64,000 nt of DNA from Bacteroidota bacterium (GTDB taxonomy: Bacteria; Bacteroidota; Ignavibacteria; Kapaibacteriales; NICIL-2), in the NCBI GenBank assembly GCA_019695345.1, contig JAIBAE010000017.1, positions 563 through 64,562 of the forward strand. Direction: 5' to 3'. The notes beneath the pieces were generated by a model. It saw nothing but the letters and a program-made list of their open reading frames with translations. It made no database searches and was not told where the DNA came from. A program made the position numbers and the translations under genes. This document shows positions 30,491 through 41,090 of the stretch, piece by piece; positions within the stretch are counted from its first letter, which is position 1, and each line of letters begins with the position of its first letter.

Positions 30491-30564
30491 AGCATTGTTT
30501 CAATAGTAATGAGTAATTCGTAATGATATTGTTACACTGTATTGGTTAATGTGTTTATTATTTC

Positions 30565-30645
30565 AAGGTTCTGTCCCGCAACTGTAAGGGTGTAATTAGG
30601 GAGTATGGTTGGTGCGGTTTGCGATAGCATAAACAATTACTGTGA
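30565..30645 (+). repeat. Family-2 bipartite element
   Basis: ctgtcccgcaactg ... ggtgcggtttgcgatagcataaacaattac. The tail ends on the xerC/D stop (complement). Confidence 0.7.
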
Positions 30646-31548
30646 TTCCATGTTTGCTTTGGGATGCGCCTTTTTATACGCTTGCTTTAGCCTCTCGATA
30701 CTTACATGAGTATAAATCTGCGTGGTTGATATTGAGGCATGTCCAAGAAGCTCGCTTACCGACTGTATATCCGCGCCGTTATCAAGCATGTGTGTAGCAA
30801 AACTATGCCGCAAAACGTGTGGCGATTTTTGCTTAGACTCTGTAACTCCTTTCATTGCAGAGTTAATAATTCTCCAAGCCTGCGAACTGCTTAGCCGAGT
30901 TCCCGAATTTGAAACAAACAACGCCTTCTCGTTAAAGTCCGGTTTAAAGTGGTTGCGTTTTTCAAGATACGTATCAATTGCATTCAAGGATGGAATGCCA
31001 AGCGGAACTATCCTTGGTTTTCTACCCTTCCCGATAACTTTAACTGTTGTGTTAGTACGATTAATGGAATCTATATCCAACTGCAACGCCTCGCTTATTC
31101 GCATTCCCGAGCTATACAATAACTCAGCAAGTGCAGCACCACGCGAACCTACTGCTGTGTTCCGGTCGAACTTCTCCATTAAATGTTCAACTTCCCTTTG
31201 CTGAATATACGATGGCAAACGTTTATCAACTTTAGGAGCTGTAATACCAACTGTTGGGTTTCGTTCGCAGTAACCACGTTTAGTACAAAACTTAAAAAAT
31301 GATTTCAATGCCGAGAGCTTCATTCGTAGAGTTTTTTTGTCCATGCCTTTATCATGTAACCATCCTAAAAACGGACGTACATCTTTGTTGGTAATGGCAT
31401 CTACATTTGGTTGCTGCTCATATGATTCCATTACGCACTCATAAAACTGAGCAAGTGCTAAACGATACCGTTCGGTAGTGTGCGCCGAGTAAGCACGCTC
31501 TACCTGGCAATACTGTAAAAATGCGCTGATGGCTTCTTGTAGGTTCAT
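30637..31548 (-). CDS. Tyrosine site-specific recombinase XerC/XerD
   Basis: R..HxxR..Y catalytic residues (HVLRHSFATHML, ...TQIYTHV) and an N-terminal core-binding domain. Probable start is MNLQEA at 31548. Confidence 0.85.
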   Translation of the reverse strand: MNLQEAISAFLQYCQVERAYSAHTTERYRLALAQFYECVMESYEQQPNVDAITNKDVRPFLGWLHDKGMDKKTLRMKLSALKSFFKFCTKRGYCERNPTVGITAPKVDKRLPSYIQQREVEHLMEKFDRNTAVGSRGAALAELLYSSGMRISEALQLDIDSINRTNTTVKVIGKGRKPRIVPLGIPSLNAIDTYLEKRNHFKPDFNEKALFVSNSGTRLSSSQAWRIINSAMKGVTESKQKSPHVLRHSFATHMLDNGADIQSVSELLGHASISTTQIYTHVSIERLKQAYKKAHPKANMESQ

Positions 31549-31759
31549 TGTGGAAAAGTATATTCGATACTGCACTCCAAATTTACAACAACCGCGCCAG
31601 AATAAGCTAAAAATGGCGTATCTTGCGTATCATTTTCGGTTTATTTTTATTGGGTTGGGTACCGCAACGCAAATCCCGAAACTTAAGCGCGGCAACCCTG
31701 TCCGAACCGACCCGCCTGCAAAGGCTAATTTTCATGCAGCATACTATAGCTTTGGCACA

Positions 31760-33202
31760 ATGGATTATATAAAAAACTACATCAACGGAACGTATGTTGA
31801 ATCGCATAGTTCCATGTGGATTGATAACTACGAACCAGCAACGGGCAAGGTGTATTCGCACGTTGCAGATAGTGACGGAATAGATGTTCAGAAGGCAGTT
31901 GATGCGGCAAAGAGTGCCTTCCCTATTTGGAGTTCGATGACCGCAGAACAACGCTCAAACATTATGCTTGCCATTGCAAATAGTATTGAAGAACGATTAG
32001 AAGAATTTGCCCAGGCAGAATCAAAAGACCAAGGGAAACCTGTTTGGCTTGCGCGTGTCATGGATATACCACGAGCAATTTCCAACTTCCGTTTTTTTGC
32101 TACCGAGATTTTACATACAACAACATACGCACATCAAACTGATTCGTTAGCACTAAACTATACACTGCGTAAACCACTTGGTGTTGTTGGCTGTATATCG
32201 CCTTGGAATTTACCTTTATACCTGTTTACGTGGAAGATAGCTCCTGCATTAGCCGCAGGTAATACTGTTGTAGCAAAACAATCGGAGATGACTCCATTAA
32301 CGGCAGCTATGTTAGGTGAGATTTGCACAATTGCAGGTATGCCTGCAGGTGTGCTAAACATTATTCATGGATATGGGCATAAAGTTGGAGCGGCAATCGT
32401 AGAACATCCTGAAATAAAAGCTATCTCTTTTACCGGTAGCACTCGCACCGGAGAATACATTGCTAAAACCGCCGGACCAATGTTTAAGAAACTTTCGCTT
32501 GAATTGGGAGGTAAGAACCCAAATCTTGTCTTTGCAGATTGTAATCTGGAAAAAGCAGTCCGTGAATCTGTACGCGCAGCATTTTTAAACCAAGGTGAAA
32601 TTTGCTTATGTGGCTCACGCATCTTTGTTGAGAAAACAATCTACAACAGCTTTGTAGAACAGTTTGTAGCACAAGTAAAAGAGCTGGGTATTGGCGACCC
32701 ACTGATTGATACTTCTCGTGTTGGTGCTTTGGTTTCGGAAGATCATATGAACAAGGTTCTAAATTATATTGAACTTGCCAAACAAGAAGGCGGTACAATT
32801 GAAACCGGCGGGAAGAAAGCAACAGTTACAGGACGTTGTGCTGATGGTTGGTTTATTGAGCCAACAGTATTTACAGGTCTAACACACACGTGTAGAACAA
32901 ATCAGGAAGAGATATTTGGTCCGGTGGTTACTATTACGCCGTTTGATACCGAAGAAGAAGCAGTTATGATGGCGAATTCAACCGGATATGGTTTAGCTGC
33001 TGTTGTATGGACTGAGAATCTAAACCGGGCGCACCGTGTTTCTGCGTTATTGGAAAGTGGTATTGTTTGGGTGAATTGTTGGTTGCTGAGAGATTTGAGA
33101 ACTCCGTTTGGAGGTGTTAAGCACAGCGGTGTTGGCAGAGAAGGTGGAATTGAAGCTTTACGATTCTTTACAGATATGAAAAATGTTTGTATTGGATTTT
33201 GA
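31760..33202 (+). CDS. NAD-dependent aldehyde dehydrogenase
   Basis: ALDH motifs (ELGGKNP, catalytic Cys in GEICLCGSR). Probable start is MDYIKNYINGTYV at 31760. The ORF-track 5' extension overlaps xerC. Confidence 0.85.
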   Translation: MDYIKNYINGTYVESHSSMWIDNYEPATGKVYSHVADSDGIDVQKAVDAAKSAFPIWSSMTAEQRSNIMLAIANSIEERLEEFAQAESKDQGKPVWLARVMDIPRAISNFRFFATEILHTTTYAHQTDSLALNYTLRKPLGVVGCISPWNLPLYLFTWKIAPALAAGNTVVAKQSEMTPLTAAMLGEICTIAGMPAGVLNIIHGYGHKVGAAIVEHPEIKAISFTGSTRTGEYIAKTAGPMFKKLSLELGGKNPNLVFADCNLEKAVRESVRAAFLNQGEICLCGSRIFVEKTIYNSFVEQFVAQVKELGIGDPLIDTSRVGALVSEDHMNKVLNYIELAKQEGGTIETGGKKATVTGRCADGWFIEPTVFTGLTHTCRTNQEEIFGPVVTITPFDTEEEAVMMANSTGYGLAAVVWTENLNRAHRVSALLESGIVWVNCWLLRDLRTPFGGVKHSGVGREGGIEALRFFTDMKNVCIGF

Positions 33203-33247
33203 AACATTTTCAGAAATATGTGTCATTTGAGATATTGACACAGACAA

Positions 33248-33325
33248 GGTTTTATCCCGCACAACAAGGTTCTTAATTGAAAATTGGTTTGGTGCGGTCT
33301 GGCGATAGCAAAGAAAATTATTTAC
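33248..33325 (+). repeat. Family-2 bipartite element, 20-45 nt upstream of the 33346 start codon
   Basis: ttatcccgcacaac ... ggtgcggtctggcgatagcaaagaaaattattt. Confidence 0.7.
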
Positions 33326-33345
33326 AATTATATATCAGGTGTTGT

Positions 33346-35475
33346 ATGAACTATGTTCTGTTTAGTGTAGCATTGCTCTTGATGTTTTCGATAAACGGAA
33401 ATGCGCAATGGGAAAAAATTGCTCAGAAGCCCGGTGGCGCTACTGAGAATTTATGTGCATCGAAATTTGGTACGTTGTACTGTACCGCCGGTGACCGAAT
33501 TTATCGTTCGGTTGATGGTGGGATTCAGTGGAGACTACGTAACAAACCAACTGATAGACTTGCAAGAATTTTTATTGCTACTGCAACTGATACCAACAAC
33601 CGAGAAGCCTTATTTGAACTATTAGATAAAAATGGGACCAGTAGAGACACCATGTTCCGCTCTACAGATGAGGGTGAAACATGGACTGCGATGACGTGGT
33701 TAAAAGAAGCATTCCCCAATGAGAATGTATATCAGATTTTCACAACACGTTTTGGGAATTTGTTGTTGGCCACTTACCAAAACGGGAAATCTAATGTATA
33801 TCAATCGGTTGATAATGGGAATTCGTTTACTAAAGTTGTAGAGAACCTTCCAGCCAATCCATTATCGATTCATCAAACAATTGATTCAACATTTTATGTT
33901 GTCGGATACGGAGAAACACATAGAATTACCACTAAAGGTATTGATACCAAATTAGCTGGTTTAACTTCCTTAACTTCGTATCAGGAATTTTCCGGTGGAC
34001 CAGTATTATTGTTTGGAATGAAAGCCGATGGAACACCTATAAAATCTGCAAACAAAGGAGATACTTGGACCAATGTTGTCAATGGATTCCCCACAGGAGT
34101 AACAAGTGCAATATTACGTTCGGGCAAAGAAGGTGAAATATTTGCATTTATCAGAACAGGCGCGGATTCAACCAGAATAATGCGTTTGTATGCAGGAGCT
34201 ACAACATGGAATGAAGTTCGTTATCTCACTCATTCTGTTAATCAGGTTGTTGTTCAACAAAATGGTACAACTATAATCACAACGGGCGATGGCATATTTG
34301 GTGCAGATGATGCAAGCAGTACGTGGACAGACTACTCGCAAGGTATTGAAGCGTTTCCATTAATTATTGGTGGAATTTTAGATAATAATTCCATTGTAGC
34401 CGGTAGTTTTAACGGAGCATTGTTTTCATCGACATTACAAGGTCAAGTTTGGGGAAATGCCAATCTACCTTTATCAATTAAAGGTGACCTTCCATTCTCC
34501 GATGTTATGTTTACAAAAAAAGGAAACATTATTGTTTCATCACGTAAAGGTTTCTTGAAATCGAATGACCAAGGGTTTAATTACGACGCCACAACAATTG
34601 ATGGTATTGTTTATAACAACCAAGTAAATGGTGCAGTCCAAGTATCGGATAATGTTATTGTTGGTATCACTGAAGAGAGAATTGTTTTATCTACTGATGA
34701 CGGTGCGACTTGGAAGTCTGTTGATTCTACTACGCTTCGTTATAACAATATTGATATTACTCCAGATGGCTCCATTATAGTAGGTACACAATCCGGTGCT
34801 TACAAATTAGATAAAACATCGTATAGCCCATCGTTATTTGCGCAGAAAGATAAACGTTGTATTGTAGGGGCCTCAAAAAGTGGAGTTAATTACGTACTAA
34901 TTGCAGAGAAAGCCGGTAACAGTGTTGATTTAGTGCTTTATCGTTACAATGGTGCTCAAGAAACAAAATGTGGTACAGTAAACAACGTAACAGACTATCC
35001 TGTACGATTGGCTGTTGCAAACAATGGCTCTGCACACATTAATTCTCCTTTTGGTTTACACAGGGTTACAAAAGATAACACCACATTAGAATTAGTAAAT
35101 CAATTTAACGGTGAAGCTATAACCTTTGTTAAAAGAGACTACCGTGGATTTTTAATTGCATCCGGAGCATATGGCGGAATATATTGGGATACAACTGCAG
35201 CCGGAAACACAGGTGTTAGTGTTGATGATAACGAACCCAAGATTACATTTACTTTAAAACCAAATCCAACACAAGAATTTGTTTCGATTGAAAGTCCTGA
35301 GTGTTTAATGCTTGACTTAAATATTTATGATATTAATTCCAGAAAAGTACATTCATCGGTAATTAATGATTACCGAACTGTTGTTAATGTTAACACGTTA
35401 CCCAATGGGGTATATCGTGTTATTACAAATACAAAAGCAGGCATTATTCAAAGACAATTCACGGTGTTTAAGTAA
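33346..35475 (+). CDS. Secreted BNR/Asp-box beta-propeller protein with T9SS C-terminal sorting domain
   Basis: Start at MNYVLFSVALLL, which is a signal peptide. Asp-boxes SVDGGIQW, STDEGETW, SVDNGNSF, SANKGDTW, TDDGATW. Por_Secre_tail (LPNGVYRVITN...). Confidence 0.6.
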   Translation: MNYVLFSVALLLMFSINGNAQWEKIAQKPGGATENLCASKFGTLYCTAGDRIYRSVDGGIQWRLRNKPTDRLARIFIATATDTNNREALFELLDKNGTSRDTMFRSTDEGETWTAMTWLKEAFPNENVYQIFTTRFGNLLLATYQNGKSNVYQSVDNGNSFTKVVENLPANPLSIHQTIDSTFYVVGYGETHRITTKGIDTKLAGLTSLTSYQEFSGGPVLLFGMKADGTPIKSANKGDTWTNVVNGFPTGVTSAILRSGKEGEIFAFIRTGADSTRIMRLYAGATTWNEVRYLTHSVNQVVVQQNGTTIITTGDGIFGADDASSTWTDYSQGIEAFPLIIGGILDNNSIVAGSFNGALFSSTLQGQVWGNANLPLSIKGDLPFSDVMFTKKGNIIVSSRKGFLKSNDQGFNYDATTIDGIVYNNQVNGAVQVSDNVIVGITEERIVLSTDDGATWKSVDSTTLRYNNIDITPDGSIIVGTQSGAYKLDKTSYSPSLFAQKDKRCIVGASKSGVNYVLIAEKAGNSVDLVLYRYNGAQETKCGTVNNVTDYPVRLAVANNGSAHINSPFGLHRVTKDNTTLELVNQFNGEAITFVKRDYRGFLIASGAYGGIYWDTTAAGNTGVSVDDNEPKITFTLKPNPTQEFVSIESPECLMLDLNIYDINSRKVHSSVINDYRTVVNVNTLPNGVYRVITNTKAGIIQRQFTVFK

Positions 35476-35900
35476 TGAAAAATTATCCAATAAACTCAGA
35501 TAGAGCTCCTGAGGCTGTGGGTGCTTACCCTCATGCAAGAAGGGTTGGAAACTTTTTATTTGTATCGGGGGTTGGACCAAGAGAACGAGGTCAGAAGACA
35601 ATACCTGGAGTAACATTAGATGAAAGCAACAATATCATTGATTATGATATTGAATTACAAACTTTATCAGTGTTTAATAATATACGTTATGTATTAGAAG
35701 ACGCAGGTGCACAATGGGAAGATATTGTTGATGTACAAGTCTATCTTACCAATATGAAAAGAGATTTCCCAGTGTTTAATAAGATTTATGCAGAACACTT
35801 TAGCCATGTACAAGCATGTAGAACAACAATTGAGGTTGGCTCTTTACCCACACCTATTGCTGTTGAGTTAAAGGTTGTTGCAGTACTCAAGGAAGAATAA
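35475..35900 (+). CDS. ridA: RidA/YjgF/TdcF family protein (reactive intermediate deaminase)
   Basis: About 140 aa with a YjgF-like pattern. Start ATGA overlaps the upstream stop. Confidence 0.8.
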   Translation: MKNYPINSDRAPEAVGAYPHARRVGNFLFVSGVGPRERGQKTIPGVTLDESNNIIDYDIELQTLSVFNNIRYVLEDAGAQWEDIVDVQVYLTNMKRDFPVFNKIYAEHFSHVQACRTTIEVGSLPTPIAVELKVVAVLKEE

Positions 35901-35920
35901 TAAAATAGGATATTTGGAAT

Positions 35921-38900
35921 ATGGTTAAACATGTGTTATTTGTTTTGATGTTAATGTGTAGCTTAACATCAAATTTGTTATCACAATCTCCGGAAATCAA
36001 CTACTTGTTACCTGATATTGGTGCACCGGGTATGGCTATTTATGTAGAGGTTTATGGACCAAGCAATGGAACTGCAATTTTTTCTGCATTAGATTCTATA
36101 CAACCATTAAATAGCCCCAATATTAAGTTGGAGTGTGTTAACAATGCCGACACCAATAAAATCAGATTTGGTCCATTGTTAGTGAGTTGGAATGGTAAAT
36201 TATTAAGCACAGTTATTTTTATAAATCCATCTCTAGCACCAAATAGTTCAAGTTGGTCATTATTAACACCTGAATTCAGAATTCCCATTCGTTTTGTAAA
36301 CGTTAATGGCACCTCAAATGTTGATACATTCTACATTGTTAAGAAAACCGAGTTAGGCAATATCACTTCAAATGCAGAATCTGTTTTAGGGCAAGGTACA
36401 TTGGGAGTACGTTCCAAACGTGGATGTATAATTGTTGATTCTTTGATATTAGGCAATAAAACATATAGCGTAAGCACGAATGATCCGGATGGTAATAGTT
36501 CAAACGGAAACCAAGGATATTTACCTTTTACATTGTTATCGCAAGGAGTAATTCGCGGCACTGGAGCAAATACAAAGATATCGTTAAATGCTTCAGGTAG
36601 AGACGGTGGGCCTGGTGGCGGAGGTGGTGCAGGTGACTTTTGTGACTTCGTTGTTAGCGATGCAGGGAACAATGGAGGAAATGGATACACAGGCGGTGGT
36701 CCAGGTGGTAAAAATTCACCTGATTTAGACAAAGGCGTTGGTGCTGGAACAAGTACTAACGGTACATCGTTAACAAAAGTACTTCCCGGAAATAACGGTA
36801 GTGCCCATGAGTCATCTGGCGGTGGAACAGGTCATCCATTTGGAAAAAGTGGTGATGGTTGTTCTACTGGAACTAATTGTTCTCCATCAGGCTATTATGG
36901 AGGTGGTTCGGGTGTTTCTAACTCTAAAGATGGTGCCGGGGCAGGATTTGGAACAGTTGGTGTGAGTACAAGCACAAGTTTAAATAACGGTGGACAAGTG
37001 AACGGAAATGCTGAACTTATTCCTATCTCCGGTGGATCTGGTGGTGCTAGTGGGAATCCCCAAAATAACAGCTTTCCGTTTAATGGCTGTGGGGGTAGCG
37101 GTGGTGGTGGTGGTGGTGGTGGTGTGCTATCTGCAGTTTCGATTAATAACATTTCAATAAGTGCAAATGGAGCTGATGGAAGTGTAGGTTCAAGCGGTGG
37201 TAAAAATCAACGTGGTGGTGGTGGTTCTGGAGGAGGTATTTTGTTATCATCTGTTTTACCTTTCTCAGACCTTACTTTAAATGCAATCGGAGGAAATCAG
37301 TCAACTACCGGCAAAGGTGGAGACGGTAGAATAAGAGTAGATGGTATATTCTCAAACAATGTAATAGCTACTCCTGGTATTGGACATAATGGTGTCACCA
37401 TTGATACTATTACTTATACAGACAAAACCAATATACCAATATCCGGAACAGGTGCAACAAGTGCTTCAATACAGTTATATTATTCACCATCAAACGGTGT
37501 TTGGCAAGCACTACCTCCCGTCTCAGTTGGTACTAATAATAGGTGGTCAACTACAATCAACTATACAGGTAATGCAAACTACTTGTATGTTGTAGCAATG
37601 CAACGTACAACAAATCTCACAAAAGGTGTGTATGAGTACGTTCCAGCCTATACATTATCGCAACAGAGTGCACGCACAGTCAGGATTGCTCACATTGCAC
37701 AAATTTCTTTTCCAACAGAGAGAGATTTAGGTGTTGTTAATTGTACCAATGGCGGCACTAAGTCTGATACATTCCTTATTAAAAACACAGGAAGCGCCCC
37801 TGTTACTATTTCAAAGCCAAGATTCAGTGGAGGAACTGAAGGGTTTGCAATCATAGAACCTATAATTCCACCAAACAAAACCATTAACGGCAATGATTCT
37901 TTACGAGTAATAGTAAGATTTACACAACAACCGGGTAAATTTGGACTAAGAACCGATAATTTGATGTTTGATACAGACGATGCTGCTAATCCATTTACCA
38001 GTACAACATACAAAGTAAAAGTAGATAGTGTTGGTTTGGAGTTTATAGATACAACAGCAACTCTTAAGATAATCAGTGCAATAGATTATGATGAAGTTTG
38101 TAGTTATTCCAACAAAACCAGATTGATAGCCCTAAAAAATATTGGTAAAGAATCTGTAACTATAATACGGCAGCGTCCAAAGAATACAAGCAGTTATTTG
38201 GTATCGACACCAACAAAAACTCTTTTACAACCGAGTGATTCAATTCAATTACATATTACTTTAACAACACAAGGTAGTGGAGATTATACAGATACCTTAT
38301 TAGTTGAAATTAACCGTTGTAATTTGGTTTATCAAATACCATTGCGTGCAGTTGGCATTTCGACTGATATTGTAGGTTATGGTGCTAACGGTAGCGGAGA
38401 TGTTGATTTTGGCGACATTCGTGTAGGGCAAAGCAGTAAAAAAAGATTGGTAGTAAAAAATGAGGGCAACTTTGAAGCAGACATTAGAAATATGCCATCG
38501 GTAAATACTCCATATGTTCTCAAAGCAATTGCACCTGATACAATTCCTCAAGTTTTACAAAAGGGAGATAGTATTGTATTTGAACTGGACTTTTCTCCTG
38601 TAACTACAGGTACATTTACAGATTCTGTAAAAGTGTTATCTGTTACCTTTAACAAGTCATGTAACGATACTGTCTTTTATAGAATTAGAGGTAGAGGAAC
38701 AAAATCAGCTATTGTTGCTTCCAAAAATCAAATGAATTTTGATACTGTATACTCTTGTTCTCATAAACGAGATACTGTTTGGCTAAAGAATACCGGAAAC
38801 TTAGATGCTACTGTAAAAACAGGAGCCACAATTATTGGCAATGACCCAACGTATTTTAGAATTGTAAGTGCACCAACACGGGATACTGTTTTACGCCCTG

Positions 38901-40762
38901 AGCGCGACAGCATAGCAATCATTGTTGAATTTGTACCGGATACATCCAAACCCAAAGGTGCTAAATCTGCTATTTTGGAAATACCTACATTCGACGATTC
39001 AGCGCGAACTATACAAGTAGGACTGAATGGTTATCAAAAGATTATTAAAATCAGTGTTACACCAAATCCTTTGGTTTTAACCGACATTCCTGTTAATATC
39101 TCAACTCAATCCAAAGTACCAATCGTAATTACTAATGTTGGCGATGTTAAGGTATGTCTTTCTAATGTTAAGGCAATTGATGCTTCTGTTTTAACACCTA
39201 TCCCCCCCTACGCATTAGATTTTGACCAAACTGTTACACGCGGTATTTATCTTAACATTAAACCAAAAGATTTAAATATTATCAACGACACTATTACATT
39301 ATATTTTACCTGCCCTTGTATTGATTCTATCAAGTTACCGTTCAAAGGTACCCCAACAAACAATGCTTTAACCTTCAGTCCAGATTCTGTTTACTTTGGT
39401 GCAATACAGCCATGTACTCCCACGGTTAAGGCAAACCCCGCATTAACAATTAAAAACTACGATCCTATCAGTAAAGCAAGCATTCTGGATGTCAGAATAG
39501 TTGGGAAAGATAGTGCCTTATTTTCAATTCAAAAGTTTTGGCCGTCATTCCCTTGGGATTTATCGGCTGGTAATGCTGTTACAACAGACATGTTCTTCAA
39601 CCCACAGGGCACACGTGCAGGTTTCAAAAAAGCTTATCTCGTTTTTAAGTACATTATAAACAATCAAACAATATTGGATTCCGTTGTTCTGACAGGACAC
39701 AGGTTAGTTCCTATTACAACCGATTCCATTACCATGAGTTTTGGTTCTATTAAACAAGGTCAAACCAAAACGATACCACTCACAATCACTAACGATAGCT
39801 CACGTTCACTATCTATTGCATATTCATTTGTTGGTACAACGCCGGGTGTGTTCAAACCGTCACCACAAACATTAAGTATTGCGGGAAAGCAAAGCGATAA
39901 GTTTAACATTGAGTTTTCGAGTACTGTTGTTGGTAATTATGTTGATACTATGTTTGTAAAGTTTTATAATACCAATCAAGGTTGCTGGGATAGTATCCCT
40001 GTGTATATGAATGGGGATATTATTCCGGGACTAAACTTCCGGGTTTGGTTAGATTCTGCCCATACTTTTTCGCCAAACGATAAAAAAGTTAAAATTGGTT
40101 TATGGGGTAAACTTGATACAACTGTGGTTACTCTACCGCAAGCTCAGTTTCAAGCATCTATCGATTTCCCTGCCGATTTGTTTATGCCAAACGATCTCAA
40201 CCCAAAGGCCGGCGGTGTAATACAAAACTTTAGCCCGGTTGCAAACGGAAGGCGCTCTATCACTATAAACATCGATACTACATTAAACCCAATTGGGCCG
40301 CAGGCGGCACTCTTAACCGAAATAATAGGCGATGCAATGCTTGGAGATACCGAATGTGATTCGGCATTTATCAGCGATATTGTTTGGAAAAATAATGGTA
40401 TTCGCCCTACTACATGGATAAATAAAGATAGTACAGGTGGTAAAATCTGTATGACGATTTGTAAAGATGGTGGTAATCGTTTAATCAGTCAAAGTGGTTT
40501 AGGATTCTATCTTATCGTTTCTCCTAACCCAACACAAGGCGATATCACAATTCAATTTGCTACATCCGAAAAAAGCATCCACGAAATAGTAATTTCAACT
40601 GCCGAAGGCAAAGAGGTCGAGAAAATCGTAATGGAATCGGTTGCACTCAATCAACCGCAAACCTTAATCAAACACACCGATTCGCTGGCCAACGGATTGT
40701 ACTTTATCACATTACGTTCAGCTACTCAAAGCAAAATATTACCGTTAATGGTTACTCATTAA
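35921..40762 (+). CDS. Giant (1613 aa) Gly-rich, multi-Ig-like-domain cell-surface protein with T9SS C-terminal sorting domain
   Basis: Signal peptide. Gly/Ser/Asn-rich low-complexity segment of about 280 aa including a (GGT)7 run at 37105-37125. Then many roughly 100 aa beta-sandwich repeats. Ends LANGLYFITLRSATQSKILPLMVTH, a Por_Secre_tail. Confidence 0.7.
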   Translation: MVKHVLFVLMLMCSLTSNLLSQSPEINYLLPDIGAPGMAIYVEVYGPSNGTAIFSALDSIQPLNSPNIKLECVNNADTNKIRFGPLLVSWNGKLLSTVIFINPSLAPNSSSWSLLTPEFRIPIRFVNVNGTSNVDTFYIVKKTELGNITSNAESVLGQGTLGVRSKRGCIIVDSLILGNKTYSVSTNDPDGNSSNGNQGYLPFTLLSQGVIRGTGANTKISLNASGRDGGPGGGGGAGDFCDFVVSDAGNNGGNGYTGGGPGGKNSPDLDKGVGAGTSTNGTSLTKVLPGNNGSAHESSGGGTGHPFGKSGDGCSTGTNCSPSGYYGGGSGVSNSKDGAGAGFGTVGVSTSTSLNNGGQVNGNAELIPISGGSGGASGNPQNNSFPFNGCGGSGGGGGGGGVLSAVSINNISISANGADGSVGSSGGKNQRGGGGSGGGILLSSVLPFSDLTLNAIGGNQSTTGKGGDGRIRVDGIFSNNVIATPGIGHNGVTIDTITYTDKTNIPISGTGATSASIQLYYSPSNGVWQALPPVSVGTNNRWSTTINYTGNANYLYVVAMQRTTNLTKGVYEYVPAYTLSQQSARTVRIAHIAQISFPTERDLGVVNCTNGGTKSDTFLIKNTGSAPVTISKPRFSGGTEGFAIIEPIIPPNKTINGNDSLRVIVRFTQQPGKFGLRTDNLMFDTDDAANPFTSTTYKVKVDSVGLEFIDTTATLKIISAIDYDEVCSYSNKTRLIALKNIGKESVTIIRQRPKNTSSYLVSTPTKTLLQPSDSIQLHITLTTQGSGDYTDTLLVEINRCNLVYQIPLRAVGISTDIVGYGANGSGDVDFGDIRVGQSSKKRLVVKNEGNFEADIRNMPSVNTPYVLKAIAPDTIPQVLQKGDSIVFELDFSPVTTGTFTDSVKVLSVTFNKSCNDTVFYRIRGRGTKSAIVASKNQMNFDTVYSCSHKRDTVWLKNTGNLDATVKTGATIIGNDPTYFRIVSAPTRDTVLRPERDSIAIIVEFVPDTSKPKGAKSAILEIPTFDDSARTIQVGLNGYQKIIKISVTPNPLVLTDIPVNISTQSKVPIVITNVGDVKVCLSNVKAIDASVLTPIPPYALDFDQTVTRGIYLNIKPKDLNIINDTITLYFTCPCIDSIKLPFKGTPTNNALTFSPDSVYFGAIQPCTPTVKANPALTIKNYDPISKASILDVRIVGKDSALFSIQKFWPSFPWDLSAGNAVTTDMFFNPQGTRAGFKKAYLVFKYIINNQTILDSVVLTGHRLVPITTDSITMSFGSIKQGQTKTIPLTITNDSSRSLSIAYSFVGTTPGVFKPSPQTLSIAGKQSDKFNIEFSSTVVGNYVDTMFVKFYNTNQGCWDSIPVYMNGDIIPGLNFRVWLDSAHTFSPNDKKVKIGLWGKLDTTVVTLPQAQFQASIDFPADLFMPNDLNPKAGGVIQNFSPVANGRRSITINIDTTLNPIGPQAALLTEIIGDAMLGDTECDSAFISDIVWKNNGIRPTTWINKDSTGGKICMTICKDGGNRLISQSGLGFYLIVSPNPTQGDITIQFATSEKSIHEIVISTAEGKEVEKIVMESVALNQPQTLIKHTDSLANGLYFITLRSATQSKILPLMVTH

Positions 40763-40827
40763 GGTAGTTCTAACCATTGTAAGGGATGTACCACATTGTG
40801 TGTATATCCCTTTTTTTACTATGGCTT

Positions 40828-41010
40828 CCCTCCTCTGCCGAAGCACTCATTACAGCGCGCAGACCCAGCGCGAGCCCACCCTTCTGCTTCGCGGATTACA
40901 TTTTCAATACGTTTCCCAAAAATTAAGATTAACAGACTTCAATGCGATGCTACAAGGTTCTATCCCGACCGGGTTACGGCGCAGAACGGTTGCTACGGCT
41001 GTGGTGGGAA
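40828..41010 (+). repeat. Family-1 intergenic repeat, copy C (full length)
   Basis: 5' end ctctgccgaagc ... cagcgcgcagacccagcgcgagcc ... cccgaccgggttacggcgc ... 3' end gctacggctgtggtggg. The ends are inverted repeats. Confidence 0.8.
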
Positions 41011-41090
41011 CCAATAAGAAAAAAGTTGTTGCAACCTTGCGACGTACCTACTTTTGAGGTGTCTTTGAGCCTGAAACCAAAACTACACTG

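Noticed and set aside
33291-33312. Sigma-54 (-24/-12) promoter reading of box B (GG...GC spacing)
   Set aside because: Only the GG-N10-GCA skeleton matches, and only in some copies. The TGGCAC and TTGCW elements are absent. The element also occurs antisense at gene 3' ends, which is inconsistent with a promoter-only role.
36331-37152. Pro-rich ORFs on the minus strand (36331..36732 and 36895..37152)
   Set aside because: They are antisense to the Gly-rich GGN-codon segment of the 1613-aa gene. The Pro runs are the complement of Gly codons, and there are no start or SD signals.
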